A DNA stretch of 64,000 nt. Origin: Candidatus Obscuribacteraceae bacterium (GTDB taxonomy: Bacteria; Cyanobacteriota; Vampirovibrionia; Obscuribacterales; Obscuribacteraceae). A model generated the notes under the pieces. That model was not told the DNA's origin. It made no database searches and saw nothing but the letters and a program-made list of their open reading frames with translations. This document shows positions 56,390 through 64,000 of the stretch, piece by piece (the first letter of the stretch is position 1; each line of letters opens with the position of its first letter). Position numbers and translations under genes: made by a program. The stretch is taken from NCBI GenBank assembly GCA_044226015.1, contig JBGAHS010000002.1:32001-96000 (forward strand). Direction: 5' to 3'.

Positions 56390-57724
56390 ATGAGTGAAAA
56401 GAATCAATTTACAGCGTTCCGCGGGCACATCATCAGCCCGATAGATTTCAACAGTTACGAAGACTACGCTGACGGCTGCCTTCTGGTCGATAAAGACGGA
56501 AAAATTGCCGATGTTGGAAACTGGCAAGATTTAGTCAAGCTCCATGGAACGCCAGCTCAAGTCGTTGACTACGGCAAGCGAGTAATCTTGCCGGGTTTCA
56601 TCGATTTACATATACATCTGGTACAAATTGCACAAACCGGACGGTCAGGTGACACACTTTTGGGCTGGCTCAATAAGTACATTTTTCCTGCAGAAGTAAA
56701 ATTTGCACGGAAAGAACATGCCACCAAACTCGCTGATTGGTTCTTCAGAGAGCTAGCGAAAAATGGCACCACATTGTCCTCGGTGTTCACTAGCATTCAC
56801 AAAGAAGCAGCAGATATTGCATTCACCAACGCAGCTGAGCGCGGCTGTCGAGTCATCATGGGCAAAACTCTGATGGACAGAAATGCACCGGACAATTTGA
56901 GCGAAGACTCTGAGCGTTCACTTGCAGAGTCGGAAGAGCTATGTTCAAAATGGCACAACTACGATAATGGGCGACTTCTTTACGCTGTCACTCCCCGATT
57001 TGCACCTACGTCGACAAGTAAGCAACTTTCTGGTGCAGCCGAGTTGTGGAAAAGGTTTCCAGGCTCATACATGCAAACACATCTTTCAGAAAATATTGAT
57101 GAGATCGCCTGGGTAAAAGAGCTATTTCCGGGCTGCAAAAACTACCTTGATGTTTACGCGAGCCATGGTCTCATTGGAAGAAACAGCCTGTTTGCGCACA
57201 GCATCCACCTGAGTGACCACGAAATGGAAAAGTTAGTCCAGTCTGAGTCAGCAGTTGTGCATTGCCCAAGCTCAAATTTGTTCCTTAAGAGTGGTGTCTT
57301 TCCATATCAAAGGGCGAAAACAAAAGGACTCAAAATGGGGCTTGGCTCTGACGTTGCAGCAGGACCAGAGATGTCTTTATTCAAAGTAATGAAGGACGCT
57401 GCATACGTTCAAACCGAATTGTGGCTTGGGGCTCGCGAATTGATGTATTTAGCGACTCTATCAGGAGCAAAAGCTGTAGGACTTGACGATAAAGTCGGTA
57501 GCTTGAGCAAAGGAAAAGAAGCTGACTTCGTCGTCATTGATCCCAACCTCAAGACCTCAGTACCGAGAGATATTCTGGAGCAGCCTGCCGACGAGATTCT
57601 CTCAAGCCTGGTTTATGTTGGAGATGACCGCATGGTTGCGGCCACTTATGTCAGAGGCAAAGCCATTTTCAAAAATGACGAAGTTTACGAACACAAGAAA
57701 GAAAGCCTTGCCCGCTCAGTCTGA
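56390..57724 (+). CDS. guaD: Guanine deaminase
   Basis: PGFIDLHIH, LLGWLNKYIFPAE, TPRFAPT, QTHLSEN, HCPSSNLFL, GSDVAAG. Confidence 0.95.
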   Translation: MSEKNQFTAFRGHIISPIDFNSYEDYADGCLLVDKDGKIADVGNWQDLVKLHGTPAQVVDYGKRVILPGFIDLHIHLVQIAQTGRSGDTLLGWLNKYIFPAEVKFARKEHATKLADWFFRELAKNGTTLSSVFTSIHKEAADIAFTNAAERGCRVIMGKTLMDRNAPDNLSEDSERSLAESEELCSKWHNYDNGRLLYAVTPRFAPTSTSKQLSGAAELWKRFPGSYMQTHLSENIDEIAWVKELFPGCKNYLDVYASHGLIGRNSLFAHSIHLSDHEMEKLVQSESAVVHCPSSNLFLKSGVFPYQRAKTKGLKMGLGSDVAAGPEMSLFKVMKDAAYVQTELWLGARELMYLATLSGAKAVGLDDKVGSLSKGKEADFVVIDPNLKTSVPRDILEQPADEILSSLVYVGDDRMVAATYVRGKAIFKNDEVYEHKKESLARSV

Positions 57725-57853
57725 GATTCACATTTGTAAATATAAACCGCCGCCATCTGGGCTTGTTAGCTAATTAATCTTACTTAGCTTCAATGAAAAC
57801 CGGTTCCTCCAAGATTTGCGCTACCATATTGGCTCACTTCAGAGGGAAACATC

Positions 57854-58438
57854 ATGCCAGTGGACCTGTCCAGACGTGTTTATAAAGACAAGCAACAAGC
57901 CACAGCGAATATTCGCGAAGTCTACTCTGGAGCCCAGGTCAGAGCGCGCATCGCCGAGATGGGAAAACAAATTAGCGAAGACTACCGCGACCTTGAAAGA
58001 CCAGTTGTAATCGGTGTCATGAAAGGAGCCATCTTCTTCCTCTCCGATTTAATGCGCGAAATTCAAACTAATGACCCTCTGCAGCTCGAGTTTGTGCGCC
58101 TTGCGAGCTACGGTTCTGCAACCGAAAGTTCCGGCACAGTTCAAACACCTTATTTGGATCTTCCCAACATAGCCCATCGACACATTCTCGTGGTCGAAGA
58201 CATTATCGATTCAGGAAGAACAGCGAAATTCTTTCTCGACTATTTAAAAGGCCAATTCGCTCCGAAGACTCTCAAGATGGCAGCATTGCTAGACAAACCA
58301 TCACGAAGAGTTGTTGAAATGGAAGCTGATTATGTTGGCTTCAAAATTGATGATTTCTTTGTCGTTGGGTATGGGCTAGATTATGCCGAGCAATTCAGAG
58401 AACTGCCGTTCCTTGGAGAAGTCACTGATTTCAACTAA
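57854..58438 (+). CDS. hpt: Hypoxanthine phosphoribosyltransferase
   Basis: MKGAIFF, VVEDIIDSGRT PRPP motif, LLDK, FVVGYGLDY. Confidence 0.95.
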   Translation: MPVDLSRRVYKDKQQATANIREVYSGAQVRARIAEMGKQISEDYRDLERPVVIGVMKGAIFFLSDLMREIQTNDPLQLEFVRLASYGSATESSGTVQTPYLDLPNIAHRHILVVEDIIDSGRTAKFFLDYLKGQFAPKTLKMAALLDKPSRRVVEMEADYVGFKIDDFFVVGYGLDYAEQFRELPFLGEVTDFN

Positions 58439-58492
58439 GTCCGGAATCTTGTTTAACGTTGCAGCGGGCGATGGAATTTTGCTGCATTGCGA

Positions 58493-58768
58493 CTAGCACA
58501 AACGAATTCCATTTGAATTTTCAGAATGGATTTTTGGGCGAACCGTTTCAGTTGCCTCGACAAACTTTGGTCTGAACATGAAACAAAAGAATGCCGATAA
58601 AGCTTTAGCAAAGCCAGTGACAGCATTGCAGTCGTTGGCACGAGCTTTTGCCAGCGATTTAAGCGTCGAGATGTCCTGGCGAGTAATTCTGCCATTTTCA
58701 GAGGGGCTCTGAGTATAGAGGAGTTCCAGGTTTTTGTGTTGATACATCGACATCTCAGCGTCCCCCAT
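58493..58768 (-). CDS. Possible small hypothetical protein
   Basis: 91-aa ORF filling the gap downstream of moeB; no recognisable motif. Confidence 0.3.
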   Translation of the reverse strand: MGDAEMSMYQHKNLELLYTQSPSENGRITRQDISTLKSLAKARANDCNAVTGFAKALSAFFCFMFRPKFVEATETVRPKIHSENSNGIRLC

Positions 58769-58851
58769 CAGTTGATGATTAGATATTAGGGAGCAAATCT
58801 GAAAACGATCTGAGAATGCGCGAAGCTTTTGCTTTAATGCTCTGGCCGAAC

Positions 58852-60000
58852 CTAGTATTGCGGCAAAGACGGGTCGACATCGCGCGACCAGGCTAAGACA
58901 CCGCCTGTCAGATTTCTGATTTTGGAATAACCGCGATCAACCAGGTAGTGCAAAGCTCTCATGGAGCGCCCGCCGCTCTTGCAGTAGACAACAATATCTG
59001 CGGATTTGTCCAATTCTTTTTCTCGTTCTACCAACTCGGAAAGCGGAATGTGTTTTGCGTTTGGAAGAATTCCCAGAGCTACTTCCTCGTAATTGCGAAC
59101 ATCGAGAAGAATAAGGTCCTTACCCTCTTTCAGTTCTTTGTCTAGCTCGATAGGATTTATTACTCGTGTCATTTCAGCCTCCTCTGTGCTGCATTGAATT
59201 TCCAAGTCTTTTAGCGAACGAATTGTCGCGTCCTTTGAACAAACCGGACACGAAGAACTTTTCAAAATTGGAACTGTATCGAAAGTCATCGATAAAGCGT
59301 CGTAAATCAAAAGCTTGCCCGAGAGTATTTCACCTACACCCAGCAAGATTTTTATGGCTTCACTGGCTTGAATACAACCAATCAACCCAGCCATCACACC
59401 GAACACACCACCTTCAGCACAGTTTGGAACAGCGTCAGATGGTGGAGGGTCGGGAAACAAGCACCTGTAACATGGACCGTTATTGTGAGAGAACACACTT
59501 GCCTGCCCATCCCAACGATAGATTGCTCCATGTACGTTTGTTTTGCCAGACAAGACACAGGCATCATTTACCAGATATCTCGTAGGGAAATTGTCGCTTC
59601 CATCTAAGACCAAATCGAACTCTGAGATGATTTCCAGAGCATTAGAAGCATCAAGCCTGACGGGGTACTCTACGACCTCAATTTCCGGGTTGAGGCTTTT
59701 GATTCTCTTCGCCGCTGAGCTTGCTTTGGATGCTCCAACCTCAAGGTCTGCATAAAGAATTTGTCTCTGCAAATTTGATCGATCAACTCGATCAAAATCA
59801 ACAATGCCAATTTTTCCAACACCAGCTGCAGCAAGGTAAAGTAGGGCAGGGGACCCCAAGCCACCAGCACCAACGACCAGCACGCTCGCAGTTTTCAGTC
59901 GTTGCTGACCGTCTGTGCCCACTTCAGGAAGCAAAAGGTGACGGCTGTAGCGAACAAGCTCTGATTGACTGAAAGACGATGACACCATAGATTTAGCCAC
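58852..60000 (-). CDS. moeB: MoeB/MoeZ-type E1-like adenylyltransferase with C-terminal rhodanese
   Basis: RYSRH, GAGGLGS, SNLQRQ, DNFPTRY, CYRC, PNCAEGG, CPVC, rhodanese YCKSGGRS. Confidence 0.93.
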   Translation of the reverse strand: MAKSMVSSSFSQSELVRYSRHLLLPEVGTDGQQRLKTASVLVVGAGGLGSPALLYLAAAGVGKIGIVDFDRVDRSNLQRQILYADLEVGASKASSAAKRIKSLNPEIEVVEYPVRLDASNALEIISEFDLVLDGSDNFPTRYLVNDACVLSGKTNVHGAIYRWDGQASVFSHNNGPCYRCLFPDPPPSDAVPNCAEGGVFGVMAGLIGCIQASEAIKILLGVGEILSGKLLIYDALSMTFDTVPILKSSSCPVCSKDATIRSLKDLEIQCSTEEAEMTRVINPIELDKELKEGKDLILLDVRNYEEVALGILPNAKHIPLSELVEREKELDKSADIVVYCKSGGRSMRALHYLVDRGYSKIRNLTGGVLAWSRDVDPSLPQY

Positions 60001-60256
60001 CGCTCAAAGCACAAACTATCTGTATTCGCTCTTGTCCGCTCAATGTATGCGATAAATCAGCAGCCAGGGTTTTGTCCACGTAGATTTTTATGTGTTGGCG
60101 AATGGCATCTTGCTCATCAATCATTCTGAAACGAATTCCCGGATGAGCTTGTTCAAGGTTGTGCAGCGCGTCAAATAACGTGTTGGCAGCCTTGATTTCA
60201 ACCTGATTTTTGTTTGCTGTGTAAGAGCGCAACGGACTTGGAATAAGTACTAACAT
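59993..60256 (-). CDS. MoaD/ThiS/CysO-family ubiquitin-like sulfur carrier
   Basis: IPSPLR N-terminus, 87 aa from ATG 60256, C-terminal SGG-stop; overlaps the moeB start. Confidence 0.88.
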   Translation of the reverse strand: MLVLIPSPLRSYTANKNQVEIKAANTLFDALHNLEQAHPGIRFRMIDEQDAIRQHIKIYVDKTLAADLSHTLSGQERIQIVCALSGG

Positions 60257-60266
60257 ATCGGAAGTC

Positions 60267-61385
60267 TCAGTTAAGTACAGTGACGGAGTAAATCTCTGGA
60301 AGGTGCTTAACGAGGCATTTCCAGTTCTCGCCTTCATCAGTGCTTCCCCAGATTTCACCCTGACTGGTACCGTAATAAAGCCCAAGTGGTTTTCTCGTGT
60401 CACAGGTCATCGCTTGTCTTTTGACAGTGAAATATGCGTTTTTTCTTGGCATACCTTTATCTTGCCGCTGCCATTTCTTGCCACCATCCTTGGTGACATA
60501 GACAGCAGGCTTTGCATCAGGACTTGTTCGTGGCCAAACTGTGCTGCCATCCATCGGGAATACCCACGCCCAATCGACTTTACGGGGATGCGCTACTATC
60601 GGAAAGCCAATGTCTCCAATTTCTGGAGGCATGTTCTTGCCGATGCGAACCCACTCATTTGATGGGCGGTCAATACGATAAATTCCGCAGTGATTCTGAT
60701 GGTATAGACGATCTGGGTTTAGTGGATGCAGTATCACACAATGAGGGTCATGCCCATATTCAACGGTCGGGTCGGGAAGGAACTCAGCTTCGACCCCTTT
60801 GTTCAGAGGAGTCCAGTGTAGCCCTTTGTCCTTTGATTCAAAAATTCCGCCAACAGAAATACCAATGTACATGTGATTAGCATCTCGAGGGTCAATCAAA
60901 ATCGAATGCACAAGGACGCCAGCAGGAGTCGGTCCGGTAGCAGTCCAATTTTCGTAGTTTGGATTGTCGTTAAATCCCGAAACAGGCTCCCAGGTATTTC
61001 CAGCATCTTCGCTGCGGAAAATTCCAGCAGGGGAAGTACCTGCATACCAAACGTTTGGTTCGCTCTCATGCCCAGGGCTAATCCAAAAAACAGTCTCTAC
61101 CGAACGTCCTTTTTCGCCCTCTGCAACCTTTGGGAAAGCAGGAGGGTGCTTAGCCTCCGTCCAAGTTACTCCAGCATCATTCGAAAAATATACAGTCGGT
61201 CCTAAATGCCCTGTCTTCGCAGCCATGACAACATTCTTAGTGTTTCGAGGATCACTCACTATGTGATAAATAATGTGACCTAAAAACAATGCGGGCGAAA
61301 TCGTCCACTTTTCCCGTTCTTTGTCGCTTGAGAGTACAAAAGCTCCCTTTCGTGTACCGACTAAGAGCGACACCTCTTTAGGCAT
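60267..61385 (-). CDS. BNR/Asp-box beta-propeller protein (sialidase/YCF48-like fold), cytoplasmic
   Basis: LLVGTRKG start; Asp-boxes SNDAGVTW, SEDAGNTW, SKDKGLHW, TKDGGKKW, STDEGENW; GGAGG RBS; no signal peptide. Confidence 0.88.
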   Translation of the reverse strand: MPKEVSLLVGTRKGAFVLSSDKEREKWTISPALFLGHIIYHIVSDPRNTKNVVMAAKTGHLGPTVYFSNDAGVTWTEAKHPPAFPKVAEGEKGRSVETVFWISPGHESEPNVWYAGTSPAGIFRSEDAGNTWEPVSGFNDNPNYENWTATGPTPAGVLVHSILIDPRDANHMYIGISVGGIFESKDKGLHWTPLNKGVEAEFLPDPTVEYGHDPHCVILHPLNPDRLYHQNHCGIYRIDRPSNEWVRIGKNMPPEIGDIGFPIVAHPRKVDWAWVFPMDGSTVWPRTSPDAKPAVYVTKDGGKKWQRQDKGMPRKNAYFTVKRQAMTCDTRKPLGLYYGTSQGEIWGSTDEGENWKCLVKHLPEIYSVTVLN

Positions 61386-61564
61386 GGTTTTCCTCCCTCA
61401 GATTCAGGATTGCTAGTTTACAAGAAAACCAGACTTGCAAGGCAAAGCGTTAACAAATGCTTGCCGGATAAGATTTCCCCGGAAACTGAAGCGGTACCAG
61501 GCATCGTCACAGAATCCACCCGAATTTAGGGTAGACTTAGTTCAGACAGTCAGGTAGAGAAAAT

Positions 61565-62296
61565 ATGATCCGAATAAAATCCATTCTCGTTATGGCAACA
61601 CTATTGTGCACTGTTTCCGTTGACGTTATTGCTTCTGCAGAAGATGAATCTGTCAATAAAACAAGCACTGAATCAAGCGAAGCAAAAGAGACAGCTGAGA
61701 CAAAAGATGCCCCCGAGTCACTTCCTTCGCCATCTCAGGTTTTGAAAGGTGGTGTCAGAGGTTCGGCAATCAAGCTTGAAGAGGGGCTGGATATGATCGA
61801 ACAGAGTGCAAGAATGGTCAAGGACCCCGCCCTTGAGATAGCAAAAGAGTGCACCAGAAAAGAAACTGCTGTCGCAAGAGGTCCGAATTACATTGGAAAT
61901 GGCATTGTGATTCCAGCGATAGGCAATCCAAACGGTACCTTTCAGGTGGGAGAACTTCCCGCAAGAAAGGATCGCGTTGAGAACTTCATCGCATCAGCGG
62001 CCGATGCGGTAAAAGCTCTGAGAACTCATGTCGATGGTTTGATTATTCCTGAAGGCTCCCCTGAAGAGATGACAAACCTCTGGAAAGGAATGCAAAGCAC
62101 AATGCAAGCCGCAGAGAATAACATCGCGAGCATGAAAAGCCTACTCGATGAAACGCCGGTGAAAAAAGGCGAAATCAAGCAGAAAGATGCAAAGCCTCTC
62201 GGACGAGCTGCTATGAAAATCTATGATTCTATGACAGCACTTGAAAAAATCAGAGCGCAGCTAGACGATATGGTGAAGCCCGAATTGAAGAAATAG
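61565..62296 (+). CDS. Exported helical hypothetical protein
   Basis: Sec signal ending ASA; acidic linker; helical body. Confidence 0.72.
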   Translation: MIRIKSILVMATLLCTVSVDVIASAEDESVNKTSTESSEAKETAETKDAPESLPSPSQVLKGGVRGSAIKLEEGLDMIEQSARMVKDPALEIAKECTRKETAVARGPNYIGNGIVIPAIGNPNGTFQVGELPARKDRVENFIASAADAVKALRTHVDGLIIPEGSPEEMTNLWKGMQSTMQAAENNIASMKSLLDETPVKKGEIKQKDAKPLGRAAMKIYDSMTALEKIRAQLDDMVKPELKK

Positions 62297-62346
62297 GATT
62301 GATTCGTTCCCGCAAAGTCTCCCCAGATTTACGGGACGAATCAATC
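62297..62346. terminator. Long hairpin between convergent genes
   Basis: GATTGATTCGTTCCCG...CGGGACGAATCAATC inverted repeat. Confidence 0.6.
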
Positions 62347-62360
62347 GAGGACCAGATCTG

Positions 62361-62855
62361 CTAGCGAATAACCTCCTTCACGGTTCCGGTACCTCCCAAA
62401 ACGTGACCATTGGATAGTGCACCAAACTCACAGGCGCCTCTAGCACGCAGCACTTTCAGTCTCACTGACTCATGCCCACTTAATTCAAGCCTCTTGAGAC
62501 TTTCAACGGCAGTGTTCTTCTGAGACTTGCCAGGTCCAGTCGCAATTTTAGAATAGACAGCTTCTTCAGAATCTGTGGACTCTACGCTGCCACCTTTTGA
62601 CTCGGATGGCTCAGAGCTAGCTCCAAGCGAGTCGCTTCCGAAATCTACTTCAGCGGGCTCAATAAACATCACCTGACGACCCTTGCTTTCGCGCGCTCTT
62701 CCAAAATAATTTCTGCCCGAAGAAATCGGAACCCTCACCAGTAACAAGCGCGGTTGCGGACACAACCATGCCACCGAATACGGTATCGCACTAAATATGC
62801 CAAAAACGCGAGCAAGCAGATCTTTTGTGGAATTACCTTTTGGGCGTTTTTCCAT
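62361..62855 (-). CDS. Hypothetical protein
   Basis: ATG 62855 after GGAGG; one hydrophobic stretch then a Ser/Glu-rich region. Confidence 0.45.
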   Translation of the reverse strand: MEKRPKGNSTKDLLARVFGIFSAIPYSVAWLCPQPRLLLVRVPISSGRNYFGRARESKGRQVMFIEPAEVDFGSDSLGASSEPSESKGGSVESTDSEEAVYSKIATGPGKSQKNTAVESLKRLELSGHESVRLKVLRARGACEFGALSNGHVLGGTGTVKEVIR

Positions 62856-63279
62856 ATGACCTCCTATACAACACCTGATATCTAGAAGCACAACACAATC
62901 TTGCTCCTATCTCTAAAACGTAATCGGACCCAAAAAAGTTCAATCAAAAAGCAGCTTGAGATCTTGATTTAATTTAGATAGAAATTCACAGCGTTTTTCT
63001 GTTCTCAGGCAGCTTTTTCAAGGGACAAAGTTACTCCTGCTCTCAGTGAGTTGTTGTTGCTTCATTTGCTGTGCATGCATTCTTACTTCAAGAAAAATGG
63101 AATTGCATGATTCTAAGTTGCAATGATTTGCTTTCAGTTCTGTTAGTGCCTGCACCTTCCTGTAAATGCATTCGCTTACCTCAATACAGCCACTAAAATG
63201 TACGGTCTTATTTTCAATATCCAGCAACTGAAATTTGCGGAGCAAAAAAGGGCATAAACCATGCATAAAAGGTATCGCT

Positions 63280-63906
63280 GTGAACACTAAGAAAAAAAGG
63301 CGCAAAAAGAAGCAACTGCCTCCTGTATTGCAGGATTGGCTGGATGAAATTCAAGATTGGTCTACCGGGCGAATCTGGTGGCCCAGATTGATTCTTCTGT
63401 TCTTTTTCCTGCACTTGCTGGTCTCACACATTAAAGACCCGATGTATAGCGACATCTTTAAGGGGCTAAACCTTGGAATTCACGAGATAGGGCACATGGT
63501 TTTCAATCCCTTCGGCGAATTCATGACTATTGCTGGAGGTTCACTGCTACAGTGCCTTGTGCCGCTTCTTTCAACCTTTATGTTCTTTCGCCAGCGCGAC
63601 TATTTTGGAATAACGGTTTGTTTTGCCTGGCTGTCCACAAATCTCTTCGACGTCGCGGTATATGCCGATGACGCACGCGCCCTCGCGCTGCCGCTGGTTA
63701 CGCCATTTAAGGGCGATGAGACAATCCACGACTGGAATTTCATGCTCGATAAGCTCGACCTGATGGCTTATGACCATAACATCGCCGGTATTTTGCGCCT
63801 TGCGGCAATTGTCTCCATGCTTTTCTCCATCGCCAGCGGATTTTATCTGGTCCTTCTAATGATGCAAAATCCAAAAACCAATACCGCAGCCGAGCAAGAG
63901 CCTTAA
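63280..63906 (+). CDS. Membrane protein with HExxH motif, putative M50-like intramembrane zinc peptidase
   Basis: Several TM helices; GIHEIGH, AGGS, YADDA, HDW. ORF open from 63235. Confidence 0.7.
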   Translation: MNTKKKRRKKKQLPPVLQDWLDEIQDWSTGRIWWPRLILLFFFLHLLVSHIKDPMYSDIFKGLNLGIHEIGHMVFNPFGEFMTIAGGSLLQCLVPLLSTFMFFRQRDYFGITVCFAWLSTNLFDVAVYADDARALALPLVTPFKGDETIHDWNFMLDKLDLMAYDHNIAGILRLAAIVSMLFSIASGFYLVLLMMQNPKTNTAAEQEP

Positions 63907-64000
63907 CGCCTAAATTAAACGGAAGGCTTTCAATGGGAGATCTACGGTAGACCGCCTTAGAAATCTTACATATACTTTTGCCAGGATGGGAATCGGGAGC

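Noticed and set aside
58636..58651. Sigma-54-like TGGCAC...TTGC site
   Set aside because: GG-to-GC spacing is one base too long and no suitably oriented gene follows
60257..60403. 136-aa version of the ubiquitin-like protein
   Set aside because: The extension overlaps the propeller gene; the beta-grasp sequence begins at ATG 60256
62890..63305. 95-aa minus-strand ORF or ncRNA in the AT-rich region
   Set aside because: No motif, overlaps the next gene start, and no recognisable RNA family; more likely a divergent promoter region

Overview
Gene-dense bacterial chromosomal window. I recognised no rRNA, tRNA, CRISPR array, integrase or transposase. A long cyanobacterial/plastid-type IspH, cyanobacterial-style matrixin and START proteins, an anaerobic-type 2-oxoacid:ferredoxin oxidoreductase, no photosynthesis genes and many large orphan TPR/LysM/low-complexity proteins suggest a non-photosynthetic cyanobacterial relative such as Vampirovibrionia/Obscuribacterales (inference). 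Housekeeping genes include ispH, hemE, hemY, ppx/gppA, korAB-type OFOR, guaD, hpt and moeB. The best candidate for an undescribed system is a divergent lipid/small-molecule biosynthetic locus at about 21.6-33.1 kb. Its right arm is a tightly coupled operon: Cys-nucleophile alpha/beta hydrolase, enolase-superfamily isomerase, GH3 acyl-adenylating amido synthetase, three extended SDRs and an Mpo1-like protein. Its left arm holds an UndA/CADD-like heme-oxygenase-fold diiron enzyme with atypical ligands, a LolA-like carrier, an ICMT-like membrane methyltransferase and a START/SRPBCC protein. Other points of interest are a beta-propeller + ubiquitin-like + E1-rhodanese operon with no known sulfur-acceptor partner nearby, a long charged-helix protein ending in a degenerate nuclease-like fold, a NarL-like regulator whose HTH is replaced by a CxxGxC tail, a double-MshEN TPR protein, a split FluG/NodGS pair and signs of leaderless transcription. 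All assignments come from motif recognition by eye; no searches were run.
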